DNA of 64,000 nt. Source: Thermoplasmatota archaeon. GTDB taxonomy: Archaea; Thermoplasmatota; Thermoplasmata; UBA10834. Shown piece by piece: positions 51,316-60,915 of this stretch (positions within the stretch are counted from its first letter, which is position 1; each line of letters starts with the position of its first letter). Below the pieces are notes generated by a model. The model was not told the origin of the DNA. It saw nothing but the letters and a program-made list of their open reading frames with translations, and made no database searches. The DNA lies in contig JBFMHR010000002.1 of assembly GCA_040751795.1 (NCBI GenBank), positions 160,001-224,000 on the forward strand. Direction: 5' to 3'. The position numbers and the translations under genes are program-made.

Positions 51316-52752
51316 ATGGCAGTCGGCAGATTCGTGTTCTTGAGCAGGGACGAGATGGAACTCGTGCACTCGCAGAGCCTCGAGTGTCTCCGCGAGATAG
51401 GCGTGCACATACCCAGCCGCACGATACTCAGGTCCCTGAAGGACGCGGGCGCCTCCGTGGACGAGTCCAAGATGGTCGCCAGGATCCCCGAGGGGATGGT
51501 CGCCGAGGCGCTGAAGAAGGCACCGAGGTCGTTCAAGATGTGCGCGCGCGACCCGAAGAACGACCTCACGGTCCCGGTCAGCGGACCGCCGTACGCCTCG
51601 ACCACCGGCCTCGGCGTCTACATCCGGGACATGGACACCGGTGAGAGGAGGCCCTCCACCAGGAGGGACATCGCCGACTTCATCAGGCTCGCGGACGCGC
51701 TCAAGGGCGTGGACTTCGTGTGGACGACCCTCACAGCCACCGAGGTCAACCAGGCCTCCCACAGCCTGCACGAGCTCTGGACCGCGATGCAGAACACCAC
51801 GAAGCACGTCAATGGCGTCTCGATCCTCAGCGCGGAGGACGCGAGGGCGCAGGTCGAGCTGGCGTCGCTGGTCGCGGGCGGGAAGGAGGAGCTCAGGAAG
51901 CGCCCCCTCTTCTCGGTCATATGTTGCTCGATAGCCCCGCTGGCGTACGAGACCGGGATAGTCGAGGGGATGGTCGAGCTGTCCAAGGCCGGCATCCCCG
52001 TGATGTCCATGTCCATGTCACTGTCGGGCGGCTCCGCGCCGATAACCATGGCCGGCACGATATGCAACGCCAACACGGAGAACCTGGCCAGCCTCGTGGT
52101 CACGCAGACCTCGGCCCCGGGCGCGCCCCACATCTACTGCTCGTCCTCGGCCCCGATCAACATGAGGACCGGCTCCATCAACTACATGACCGTCGAGCAG
52201 TCCCTGATAGCGGCGTCGCTGGGCCAGATGGCCAGGAGGTACTCCCTCCCGTCGATGGTCGGGGACTGGGGGGTCAACGACACGCCGGACCCCGGGGTCC
52301 CGCACACGTTCACCGAGACGATGGGCCTCTGCCTCAGCACCATGGGCAACTCGGACCTGGTCTCCGGCATAGGCGGCCTCGACGCGGTCAAGGGCGCCTC
52401 CTTCGACCAGGCGGTCATAGAGGCAAAGCTGTGGGAGAGCGTCAGGCACTTCATGAAGCAGTACACCGTCAGCAAGGAGACCATCGCGCTGGACGTCGTG
52501 AAGAAGGTCGGCCACGGCAACACCTTCATAACACACCCTCACACGGCGAGGAACTTCAAGTCCGAGCTCATATTCAAGGACCAGACCTTCGCCAAGTGGG
52601 AGGCGACCTTGTCCCGGGCGATGGTCCCCGAGGCCAAGGAGATCGCCCGCAGGCTGCTGGCCGAGCACAGGGTCCCGGAACTCGGCCGTGACATCGTCTC
52701 CAAGGGGGACGGGGTCATAGCCGCGTTCGAGAGGTCCCACGGCCGCGCCTAA
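51316..52752 (+). CDS. Trimethylamine methyltransferase (MttB) superfamily, non-pyrrolysine
   Basis: ARDPKND, NTTKH, IAPL, GGSAPITMAGT, PGAP, QMARRYSLP, VGHGNTF; no in-frame TAG. Confidence 0.9.
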   Translation: MAVGRFVFLSRDEMELVHSQSLECLREIGVHIPSRTILRSLKDAGASVDESKMVARIPEGMVAEALKKAPRSFKMCARDPKNDLTVPVSGPPYASTTGLGVYIRDMDTGERRPSTRRDIADFIRLADALKGVDFVWTTLTATEVNQASHSLHELWTAMQNTTKHVNGVSILSAEDARAQVELASLVAGGKEELRKRPLFSVICCSIAPLAYETGIVEGMVELSKAGIPVMSMSMSLSGGSAPITMAGTICNANTENLASLVVTQTSAPGAPHIYCSSSAPINMRTGSINYMTVEQSLIAASLGQMARRYSLPSMVGDWGVNDTPDPGVPHTFTETMGLCLSTMGNSDLVSGIGGLDAVKGASFDQAVIEAKLWESVRHFMKQYTVSKETIALDVVKKVGHGNTFITHPHTARNFKSELIFKDQTFAKWEATLSRAMVPEAKEIARRLLAEHRVPELGRDIVSKGDGVIAAFERSHGRA

Positions 52753-52784
52753 AGCTTGATATCCGGGCCGCCTGATTCGCCACC

Positions 52785-53066
52785 ATGGCAAACAAGGTAC
52801 GCGCAGCGCACATACTGGTCAAGAACGAGGGCCTCGCGAAGGACATCCTGGTCAAGGTCAAGGGCGGGGACTCCTTCGCCGATCTCGCGAAGAAGCACTC
52901 GGAGTGCCCGTCCGGCAAGCAGGGCGGGGACCTCGGCTGGTTCGGAAGGAACATGATGGTGAAGGAGTTCGAGACCGCCGCCTTCAACGGGAAGAAGGGC
53001 GAGGTCGTCGGACCGGTCAAGACGCAGTTCGGCTGGCACATCATCCAGATCGTGGACCAGAAGTGA
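52785..53066 (+). CDS. ppiC: Parvulin-type PPIase
   Basis: AAHILVK, FADLAKKHSECPS, GGDLGWF, TQFGWHII. Confidence 0.95.
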   Translation: MANKVRAAHILVKNEGLAKDILVKVKGGDSFADLAKKHSECPSGKQGGDLGWFGRNMMVKEFETAAFNGKKGEVVGPVKTQFGWHIIQIVDQK

Positions 53067-53128
53067 AGCCGCCCGGGGCAACAATCTAATACTCCTACTG
53101 GATGGCGGCGCCCAGGCACAGTGCCACC

Positions 53129-54007
53129 ATGATGGACGCATCGATAGCCTTCGCGCTCACCTCGCTAGCGATCTACGGCTCCACCCAGGTCATCGCCAAG
53201 TTCGCGGTCGGTTCCCTGAACGCGGAATCCATGGTCGCGATGAACTTCCTCGCGTCGGTGCCCGTCTACGTCTTCATACTCGCTGGGGCGCTCATCCTCT
53301 GGGGGGAGTACCTCGACCACCTGGAGTACACGCTCTACGCGGTAATAGGCGCGTCGACGGCCAGGGGCGGCTACTACATCTACCTCCAGGCGCTCGAGAA
53401 AGGGGACGTCAGCATGGTGGGGAGCATAACGGCCGCGTTCCCCGCCGTTACCGCCATCCTCGCCGTGACCCTCCTGGGGGAGGACATCCGCCTCGTCAAC
53501 GCGGGCGGCATCGCCGTCATCATAGCGAGCATGGTCGCCCTGTCGTACTCCCACGGGAGGAAGAACGGCGGCGTCGGGTTCTCGCGGTCCTCGCTCCTCC
53601 TGAGCCTCGCGACGTTCGCGATATGGGGCGTCGGTGGGATATTCATCAAGATGGCCCTGGACGGCCTGCCGCTCATCGCCTACCTGGGCGTCTACCCGCT
53701 CATCCTCCCGCCGATAGCGTTCGCGTACCTGAGGCACAGGAAGGCGACGTGGCGCGTGTTCCTCCCGAAGTGGGTGGCGCCCGTGATCCTCGCGATAGTC
53801 GTCGCGGAGCTGTGGCAGCTCGCGTACTTCGCCGAGACGTCGGCGATATCGGTGGGCTCGGCCTCCGTCGTGTTCCCCCTGATATCCGCCTACCCCATCG
53901 TGACCATAATCGGGGCGCGCCTGTTCCTGAAGGAGAGCATGACGCGCCTGGACCTGGGCCTGATCCTCGCGGTCATCGCGGGGATAGTCATGACTTCCTT
54001 CGCATGA
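53129..54007 (+). CDS. EamA/DMT-family transporter
   Basis: About 10 TM helices in two repeats; LLGE and FLKE signatures. Confidence 0.85.
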   Translation: MMDASIAFALTSLAIYGSTQVIAKFAVGSLNAESMVAMNFLASVPVYVFILAGALILWGEYLDHLEYTLYAVIGASTARGGYYIYLQALEKGDVSMVGSITAAFPAVTAILAVTLLGEDIRLVNAGGIAVIIASMVALSYSHGRKNGGVGFSRSSLLLSLATFAIWGVGGIFIKMALDGLPLIAYLGVYPLILPPIAFAYLRHRKATWRVFLPKWVAPVILAIVVAELWQLAYFAETSAISVGSASVVFPLISAYPIVTIIGARLFLKESMTRLDLGLILAVIAGIVMTSFA

Positions 54008-55172
54008 CGCCCGGGTCGAAGGGTTTTCCCTCTCCGAGCACACGGTGGACCTCGGCCATGAGGCTGCTTATCGGGAGCTTCTGGGGGCACTTCTTCTCGC
54101 ACTCCCTGCAGTGCTTGCACGCGCTGGCCCTCTTCTTGGGGTTGAAGAACCTCTCGTAGGTCCTCCTGGCGTTCCCGAGGTCGTTGTGCACGTAGGCGTC
54201 GTTGTACTCCTCGAAGTTCGTGGGTATGGCTATGCCGTGCGGGCACGGCATGCAGTAGTTGCACTTGGTGCAGGGGATGACCGCCATCGAGCGGTACATC
54301 TTCGTCACGCGCTCGATCAGCCTCCTCTCCCCGGCCCTCAGCTCCCCCACACCGGACCTTCCAGCGGCCCTGAGGTTCCCCCTGACCTGGTTCATGGTGC
54401 TCATGCCGCTGAGCACGGTGGCGACCTCCGGCTGGTCCCAGACCCACTTGAGGGCCAGCTCGAACGGGACAACCCTCCTGCCGCGGAGCCTGAGCGCGTC
54501 CCGTATCTGCCTCGGGGGGTTCGCCAGCCTCCCGCCCAGCAGCGGCTCCATGACCACCACCGGGATCCCCTTGGACGCGGCGTATCTGAGGCCCTTGGTG
54601 CCGGCCTGGTTCTGCGTGTCGAGGTAGTTGTACTGTATCTGGGCCAGGGCCCAGCCGTCGTAGCCGTCGACGATCTTCTTGAACGCCTTGAGGTCGTCGT
54701 GGAAGGAGAACCCTATGCCGCCTATCCTCCCGTCCGCGATGGCCTTCTCGGCCCTCTTGAGAAGGCCGTGCTTGAGGACCGTCTTCTCCCATGCGTCCCC
54801 GTTCAGCGCGTGGAATAGGTAGAAGTCGATATGGTCCGTCCTCAGCCTCCTGAGCTGGGTCGCGAGGAGTCTGTCGAAGTCGGTCTTCTTCTCGATGAGC
54901 CAGACCGGGGACTTGGTGGCTATCCTCACCCTGTCCCTGTACCCGCCCCTCAGCGCCTTGCCCACGATGACCTCGCCCTTCTTCTCGTGGTAGCCGTAGG
55001 CGGTGTCGACGTAGTTCACGCCCCTGTCGATGGCGTGGCGGATCATGCCGATGGCCTCCGCCTCCCTGATCCTCTTCGTCATGGGCTGGTCGCCCACGGT
55101 GGGCAGGCGCATCGCCCCGAACCCGAGCGCGGACACCTTCCAGCCGGTCTTTCCGAAGTCGCGGTACTGCAT
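53988..55172 (-). CDS. Aldo/keto reductase with C-terminal 4Fe-4S dicluster
   Basis: VSALGFGAMRLP, YVDTAYGYH, GFSFH, MEPLLGG; CTKCNYCMPCP, CKHCRECEKKCPQ. Confidence 0.92.
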   Translation of the reverse strand: MQYRDFGKTGWKVSALGFGAMRLPTVGDQPMTKRIREAEAIGMIRHAIDRGVNYVDTAYGYHEKKGEVIVGKALRGGYRDRVRIATKSPVWLIEKKTDFDRLLATQLRRLRTDHIDFYLFHALNGDAWEKTVLKHGLLKRAEKAIADGRIGGIGFSFHDDLKAFKKIVDGYDGWALAQIQYNYLDTQNQAGTKGLRYAASKGIPVVVMEPLLGGRLANPPRQIRDALRLRGRRVVPFELALKWVWDQPEVATVLSGMSTMNQVRGNLRAAGRSGVGELRAGERRLIERVTKMYRSMAVIPCTKCNYCMPCPHGIAIPTNFEEYNDAYVHNDLGNARRTYERFFNPKKRASACKHCRECEKKCPQKLPISSLMAEVHRVLGEGKPFDPGVMRRKS

Positions 55173-55255
55173 CCGGTCACACCCAGTCGGGCCTATCCGG
55201 TCCCTCGTCCGGGTGACCTGCCTGCGGAGTAAAGAACGTTGCCCCGCCCATCAGG

Positions 55256-56386
55256 TCAGCGCTTCTTCCCCGCGAGGAGCTCCCTGAGGAGCTCGTCGAC
55301 CCTGTCCAGGCCCGCATGCAGGTACTCCTTCGGCGGGCCCGTGCCCATCCTCATGTAGCCGTCCATGCCGAAGTGGTCGCCGGGCACCATCAGGACGGAC
55401 TTCTCCTTCCTAAGGCGCTCGGCGAGGACCGTGGAGTTGATCTCCATGTTGTACCTGATGTAGCATATCGCGCCCGCCGCCGGAGGCACGTGCGAGAACA
55501 GCTCGCCGTGCGCGTCCATCCACTCCTTCACGATGGGATAGTTCTTCTTCAGGATCGACCTGGTCCTGTCGAAGATCCACTTCCTCTTCTTCGGCTCGAG
55601 GGCCAGCGTGGCCAGCCTGTCCGACGGGGCGGCCGGCGTGAGGGTGAGGTAGTCGTGGTGGTGCTTCACGCGGGCGAGCACATCCGGCTGGCCCACGAGC
55701 CATCCGATGCGAAGCCCTGGCAGACCGTAGGCTTTGCTCAGGCCGTTCGTTATGAGCGTCCTCTCATAGTCGCTCCAGAGCGACTCTGTAAGCGGCGCTT
55801 CCCTCTCGGCCCCGAGATACACCTCGTCGGAGAGGAGCCACGCGCCCGAGTCCTTGGCCGCGTCCAGGAGCGCCTTGCGCTGCTTCTTGCCCATGATCGC
55901 CCCGGTCGGGTTGTTCGGGTTGCAGACCTGGATGGCCTTGGTCTTCTTGGTCACGACCTCCTTGAGGTCCTCGGGGTCGAACTGCCAGCCCAGCTCCTCC
56001 CTGAGCTTGAGCTGCCTGATCTTGAGGCCCCAGGTCTTCGCCAGCCCCCACATCTGCGCGTAGTTGGGGGTCATCAGGGCGACCTCGTCCCCCTTCTCGA
56101 AGAGGTGCCACGCGGCGATGAAGTTCGCCTCCGACGAGCCGTTGGTGACGAAGATATTCTCGACGCCGGCTCCCTTGTACGTGGCCGCAACGGCGGCCCT
56201 GAGGCCCGGGGTCCCATCTGCGTGCGGATACCCCAGAGGGAGCTGGAGGAACTCCTTCGCCGCCTTCTCCCCGCCCAGCAGCTCCTCGATCTTCAGGGCG
56301 TGCACTCCGCTCTCTGACAGCTCGTAGTCGACGACCCGTTCGTACATCGATTGCCAGCGTTCCATCTCGAAAAGTTCGACCTTCAT
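55256..56386 (-). CDS. PLP-dependent aminotransferase class I/II
   Basis: TNGSSEA, NPNNPTG, DEVY, SKAYGLPGLRIGW. Confidence 0.92.
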   Translation of the reverse strand: MKVELFEMERWQSMYERVVDYELSESGVHALKIEELLGGEKAAKEFLQLPLGYPHADGTPGLRAAVAATYKGAGVENIFVTNGSSEANFIAAWHLFEKGDEVALMTPNYAQMWGLAKTWGLKIRQLKLREELGWQFDPEDLKEVVTKKTKAIQVCNPNNPTGAIMGKKQRKALLDAAKDSGAWLLSDEVYLGAEREAPLTESLWSDYERTLITNGLSKAYGLPGLRIGWLVGQPDVLARVKHHHDYLTLTPAAPSDRLATLALEPKKRKWIFDRTRSILKKNYPIVKEWMDAHGELFSHVPPAAGAICYIRYNMEINSTVLAERLRKEKSVLMVPGDHFGMDGYMRMGTGPPKEYLHAGLDRVDELLRELLAGKKR

Positions 56387-56550
56387 CCTTACCGTCCCCG
56401 CGCCCGCATGCGCTTGCCCAGGTTAAATAATTCGCGTGGACGCCGGCGGCGCTGCGGGAGGTCTCGGAGCTACTTGAGCCGAGGAAATCACCGAGTGCAA
56501 TCAAACCTTTGATTGAAAACGAAAAATATTTGTCTGGCTACGCATAGGTG

Positions 56551-56624
56551 TGCGGCCGTCGGGATTTGAACCCGAGTTTTTAGCTTGGCAAGCTAAAGTG
56601 ATAACCAGTCTACACTACGGCCGC
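56551..56624 (-). tRNA. tRNA-Gly (GCC), intronless, CCA not encoded
   Basis: Acceptor GCGGCCG/CGGCCGC plus A73; anticodon arm TTAGC-TTGCCAA-GCTAA; T arm TCGGG-TTCAAAT-CCCGA. Confidence 0.96.
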
Positions 56625-56656
56625 ATTCGAGCACGCCTCCAATATCGAGGGGCCAT

Positions 56657-57979
56657 TTATACCTTGTGCGCCGCCTTGTTGTCCGCCTTCTGCCTGGCCC
56701 GGCGCCACTGGATGGCCTCCCCGACCAGGTACAGGGAGCCTATCGCGCACACGCCCTCGCCCCTGAACTCTGCGAGCGCTTTCTCGATGGCGTCGCCCGA
56801 GCGGAGGACCACGCTGACGGGCCCCGCGTACTCCTGCCTCACGACCGCGCCCAGCTCTTCGGCCCCCATCGCCCTCTTGTTGTCGACCTGCGTGACCACG
56901 AACATCGCGGCACGGGGTGCCAAGGCCCTCACGATCTCCCTCGCGTCCTTGTCCTTCATGCACCCGAGCACGAACGTGAGCGGGGTCATGCCGAACGCCT
57001 CGAGGGTCCTGGCCGTGGTGAGGGCCCCGTCCGGGTTGTGGCTGCCGTCGAACATGAGCATGGGTTTCCTCGAGACCACATCGAGCCTGCCCGGCCACCT
57101 CGCCCCCTTCAGCCCCGCGCGGACCTCCTCGTCCGTCACCTGGACCCCTTTGGCGGCCAGCCGCTCGACCGCGGCCACTGCGAGGGCAGCGTTCTCCGCT
57201 TGATAGGCACCTAAGAGCCCGGTCCTGAGCCCGGGGATCTCCCGGAGGCCCCTGTAGTCGAAACGTGTCCCGGACAGGCTCTGGCTGACGCAGGAGACAC
57301 CGAAGTCCCTCCCGAACCTCGCCAAGCGGCACCCCCCCCTGTCGCAGGCCTGCTGGAACAGCCCAAGAACCGCAGGATCCTTCTCGCAGGTCACGACGTC
57401 GCATCCACCCTTGATGATCCCGGCCTTCTCGCCAGCGATCTCCATGATGGTCTTGCCCAGGTAGTCCGTGTGCTCCAGCCCTATGCGGGTTATGGCCGCC
57501 ACGTCCGGCAGGATTATGTTCGTAGCGTCGAGCCTGCCACCCATCCCGACCTCCGCCACGACGAAGTCCACGCCCTTCTCCTTGAAGTACTGGAACGCGA
57601 GGCCCGTGGTGAACTCGAAGAACGTCAGCTGCTTCTCCTTTCCGTGGGATGCCATGTCCTCCATTTGGACCCGGAGTTCCTCCCCCAGCCTCACCACGTC
57701 CCTCTGGGGGATCATCCGTCCGTCGACCCTGATCCTCTCCCTGAAGTCGACCAGGTGCGGCGAGGTGTAAAGGCCCACCTTCAGCCCGTGCCGCCTCAGC
57801 ATCTCCGAGACGAACGTGCAGACGGAGCCCTTCCCGTTGGTGCCCGTGACGTGGACGGACCTGAAGTCCAGGTGGGGGTCCCCTATCCTGTGCGAGAACT
57901 CCCTCATGTTGTCCAGGCCGAGCTTGATGCCGAACCTCTCGAGGTTGAACATCCAGTCGACCATCTGGGCGTAGGACAT
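56657..57979 (-). CDS. folC: Folylpolyglutamate/dihydrofolate synthase
   Basis: HVTGTNGKGS, YTSPHL..FRERI, TFFE, EVGMGGRLDATN, EKAGI, WPGR, DGSHN. Confidence 0.94.
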   Translation of the reverse strand: MSYAQMVDWMFNLERFGIKLGLDNMREFSHRIGDPHLDFRSVHVTGTNGKGSVCTFVSEMLRRHGLKVGLYTSPHLVDFRERIRVDGRMIPQRDVVRLGEELRVQMEDMASHGKEKQLTFFEFTTGLAFQYFKEKGVDFVVAEVGMGGRLDATNIILPDVAAITRIGLEHTDYLGKTIMEIAGEKAGIIKGGCDVVTCEKDPAVLGLFQQACDRGGCRLARFGRDFGVSCVSQSLSGTRFDYRGLREIPGLRTGLLGAYQAENAALAVAAVERLAAKGVQVTDEEVRAGLKGARWPGRLDVVSRKPMLMFDGSHNPDGALTTARTLEAFGMTPLTFVLGCMKDKDAREIVRALAPRAAMFVVTQVDNKRAMGAEELGAVVRQEYAGPVSVVLRSGDAIEKALAEFRGEGVCAIGSLYLVGEAIQWRRARQKADNKAAHKV

Positions 57980-58003
57980 GCAGGGTGGGAATGGAATCCT
58001 GTA

Positions 58004-58777
58004 TTAAGGGATTCTGCGGCCCGCGGCGGCCTCATCCGTCCACGCGCCCAGGCCCATCCCCCTGGCCTTCGCGAGGCGCTTCATCTCCTTCATGACGCCG
58101 GAGCTGTACTGGGCGGCCTTCTTGGGAGCGTCGTGCGACACGACCCCGAGGGACCTCGCTGCGTCCCTCAGGACCGCCTTCCTGTTCCCGCCGCCCAGCT
58201 TCCTGTCCAGGGGGAGCGACTTCGCGAAGGAGACGATCTCCGGGGAGGCGAACGGCGCCTCGAGGCGCTTGCCGAGGGAGGAGGCGTACCCCCTGAGGAG
58301 CGCGTGCTCGGCGAGCATCTTGCCCAGGTCGCGCTCCATGGACGCCTCGACGGCGGCGTCATCGGCGTACTTGGCGTACCCTCCGAAGAGCTCGTCGGCG
58401 CCGCTTCCCACGAGCACGACGCTCTCTTCGCAGGAGTCGATGACGCAAACCACGGGCACCGTGTACGCCACCCTGAGCGGGTCGCTGGTGCCGAGCGCCG
58501 CGGCCGTCTTCCGGACCGCGTCCATCAACCCCTGCTCGTCCAGGGCCAGCATGCGCAGGTCGGCCCCTTCCTCCTCCGCGGCGGTCGGGGCGCGCGAGTG
58601 GTCGTGGGAGCCGCGGACGGCGCACGTGTACGCCCTGGTCTCCGCGCACTCCCTGGCGACCCTCTCCACCAGTGCGCTATCGACGCCTCCCGAGTACGCC
58701 ACGGCGACGGAGCCGGAGCTGGCCACGCATTCCCTGACAGAAATCCTAAGGAGTTTGAGCAGCCGCTCCGCGTCCAT
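58004..58777 (-). CDS. Asparagine synthase C-terminal (ATP-pyrophosphatase) domain protein
   Basis: AYSGGVDS, GSGADELFGGY, KAVLR, KKAAQYSSG; no glutaminase domain. Confidence 0.88.
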   Translation of the reverse strand: MDAERLLKLLRISVRECVASSGSVAVAYSGGVDSALVERVARECAETRAYTCAVRGSHDHSRAPTAAEEEGADLRMLALDEQGLMDAVRKTAAALGTSDPLRVAYTVPVVCVIDSCEESVVLVGSGADELFGGYAKYADDAAVEASMERDLGKMLAEHALLRGYASSLGKRLEAPFASPEIVSFAKSLPLDRKLGGGNRKAVLRDAARSLGVVSHDAPKKAAQYSSGVMKEMKRLAKARGMGLGAWTDEAAAGRRIP

Positions 58778-58848
58778 GGTGCACGGAACAATCTATGTCC
58801 GTGATATAGTCATCGCGGCGGGGCTGCTGGAACATCGGAAGCTCTCGC

Positions 58849-58944
58849 TCACTTCTCTAAGAAATCACCGTCGACCTCGTCCGCGAAGTCGTCGAAGAGT
58901 TTCAGATAGTCGATCGAGGACTCGTCTGTCCTCACATTGTCCAT
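58849..58944 (-). CDS. Candidate 31-aa acidic small protein
   Basis: MDNVRTDESSIDYLKLFDDFADEVDGDFLEK, preceded by the strong SD GAGGTGA. Confidence 0.5.
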   Translation of the reverse strand: MDNVRTDESSIDYLKLFDDFADEVDGDFLEK

Positions 58945-59020
58945 CTTCTCTCACCTCGCCCCCCATCTCGTCCCCAGGGGATATCATCCTTGCGGCCCGA
59001 GGTCCAATAGGCCGCAGCCC

Positions 59021-59041
59021 TCCTATATATTCTATATAGGA
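59021..59041. promoter_or_regulatory. AT-rich palindrome in a divergent promoter region
   Basis: TCCTATATA-TTC-TATATAGGA. Confidence 0.6.
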
Positions 59042-59109
59042 AGGGGATTATACGGCAACCAGGTATGAGAGGTAACAGCCGGGGCAGTCCAGGGTAGGAG
59101 GTTGACAGC

Positions 59110-60120
59110 ATGGAGACCAGGAAGATCCAGAAGACCGGCGGCTCGACCTACATAGTCTCGCTGCCCAAGTACTGGGTGGCGGGGGCGAAGCTCAAGGAGG
59201 GGGACTCTGTGTCCATGTCCGTCGACAGCGGCGGGACCTTGGTCGTGGACCCCGTGACCGGCGGCAAGCGCCCCGCGGTCTCGATAGAGGTGTTCGTGGA
59301 CGAGGAGGAGAATTCCCTCCACTTCCTGCGGAGGCTCATAGGCCTGTACGTCACCGGCTACGACGAGATCGTGGTTCGTTCGAGGGGAAGGATCCCCACG
59401 GAGACCAGGACGGCCGTCCGCGACTTCACCAGGAGGGTGATCGGCCCCCAGATAGTCGAGGAGTCGGCCTCCGCGATAACAATACTCGACGTCGCGGACC
59501 ACTCTCACCTGGACATGAGGAAGATTCTCAAGCGCATGCACCTGATGGCGCGCTCGATGCACGGCGACGCCATCGAGGCCATGGTCGAGGGCAACGCGGA
59601 GCTCGCCGCGGACGTCGTCGCGAGGGACGACGAGGTTGACAGGCTCTACTGGTTCATGTCGAAGCAGCAGGGCATGATGATGAGGGACCCCGGAATGGTG
59701 AGGAAGGTCGGCGTGAGCGTCCCGGAGGCGACCTACTATCTCTCCGCCTCGAAGGCGCTCGAGAGGATAGCGGACCACGCCGCCCGGATAGCCCTCAGGG
59801 CCGGGGCGCTCGCGGGCGAGAGGCTCCCCGAGAAGGTCGTCGCGGAGGCGAGGGCCTACAGCGCGACGGTCGTCTCGGTGCTCGACAGGTCCGTGGAATC
59901 GATGCTCAAGGGCGACCTGAAGGTGGCCAACGAGGTCGTCGACGAGGCCGAGACCCTCCGGGGGAGGAGGGAGCCCTTCATGAGGCTCCTGATGGACCAG
60001 AAGGGGCGGTTCGCGGTCCCACTGACCCTGATCATGGAGAGCCTCGAGAGGACCGCCCTCTACTCGGCGGACATCGCCGAGATAGGCATCAACCTGGCGG
60101 GGAACCACGCCAAGGCATGA
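59110..60120 (+). CDS. AbrB/SpoVT-domain phosphate uptake regulator (PhoU family)
   Basis: METRKIQKTGGSTYIVSLPKYW; DDEVDRLY, LERIADHA and SLER..Y..DIAE PhoU repeats. Confidence 0.92.
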   Translation: METRKIQKTGGSTYIVSLPKYWVAGAKLKEGDSVSMSVDSGGTLVVDPVTGGKRPAVSIEVFVDEEENSLHFLRRLIGLYVTGYDEIVVRSRGRIPTETRTAVRDFTRRVIGPQIVEESASAITILDVADHSHLDMRKILKRMHLMARSMHGDAIEAMVEGNAELAADVVARDDEVDRLYWFMSKQQGMMMRDPGMVRKVGVSVPEATYYLSASKALERIADHAARIALRAGALAGERLPEKVVAEARAYSATVVSVLDRSVESMLKGDLKVANEVVDEAETLRGRREPFMRLLMDQKGRFAVPLTLIMESLERTALYSADIAEIGINLAGNHAKA

Positions 60121-60241
60121 GCCGCCGGGGCGGCGCCGCTGGCCTCCCGTGTGCCAGCCAGGCATTTACCAAAGGCTTAAGAGGGGCAGAGTTTATTTAC
60201 CCGAAGAGCATGTTTGAGCCTCCCTGAGCGGAGGGGACCTT

Positions 60242-60784
60242 ATGAGCGACGATGACCTAATGAAAGTCAAGATATGCTTCATCGGGGACGCGGGCGTCGG
60301 CAAGACCAGCCTTATAAAGAGATTCGTCCTGGACGTCTTCGACGACAGGTACATTGCCACCATCGGCACGAAGGTCACCAAGAAGATCGTGGAGGTCAAC
60401 GACCAGGGTGTCAACACCAAGGTCATGATGCTCGTCTGGGACATCATGGGCCAGAAGGGCTTCAGGGAGCTGCTCCGCGAGGCGTACTTCTTCGGCGCCC
60501 ACGGCGCCATCGCGGTGTGCGACCTGACGAACAAGGAGACCCTGGAGGAGCTCAGGTACTGGATCAAGGCCCTGACGGACGTGGCGGGCGATGTCCCGAT
60601 CGTGTTCGCGGGGAACAAGGCCGACATGGAGAACGAGCGGGTCGTCAAGGAGACCGACCTGCAGGAGCTGGCCGCCAAGTACAATTCCAAGGCCTTCCTC
60701 ACCAGCGCCAAGACCGGACAGAACGTCGACGAGGTCTTCAAGGCCCTCGGCCTGGCCGTCTCCGAGAAGATGGGCTCCAAGTAG
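60242..60784 (+). CDS. Rab/Ras-like small GTPase
   Basis: G1 GDAGVGKTS, G2 TIG, G3 WDIMGQ, G4 NKAD, G5 SAK. Confidence 0.93.
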   Translation: MSDDDLMKVKICFIGDAGVGKTSLIKRFVLDVFDDRYIATIGTKVTKKIVEVNDQGVNTKVMMLVWDIMGQKGFRELLREAYFFGAHGAIAVCDLTNKETLEELRYWIKALTDVAGDVPIVFAGNKADMENERVVKETDLQELAAKYNSKAFLTSAKTGQNVDEVFKALGLAVSEKMGSK

Positions 60785-60915
60785 GCGCCAGTGTCCATTA
60801 CCAGGCCTGATAACGATTTGAGAACGCTTATAAGCCCAGCAGCGGCTATGAACCTACCTGCGGATAGCGAGAGGGGCGTCTTAGACGCATGATGGAGGTT
60901 CGCGTAGGAGGCAGC

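Noticed and set aside
51316-52752. Pyrrolysine or selenocysteine recoding
   Set aside because: The ORF is uninterrupted, and I saw no recoded stop or pyl/sel genes in the window.
56400-56660. tRNA-Gly as the attachment site of an integrated element
   Set aside because: I saw no integrase and no duplicated tRNA 3' end; the flanking genes are metabolic.
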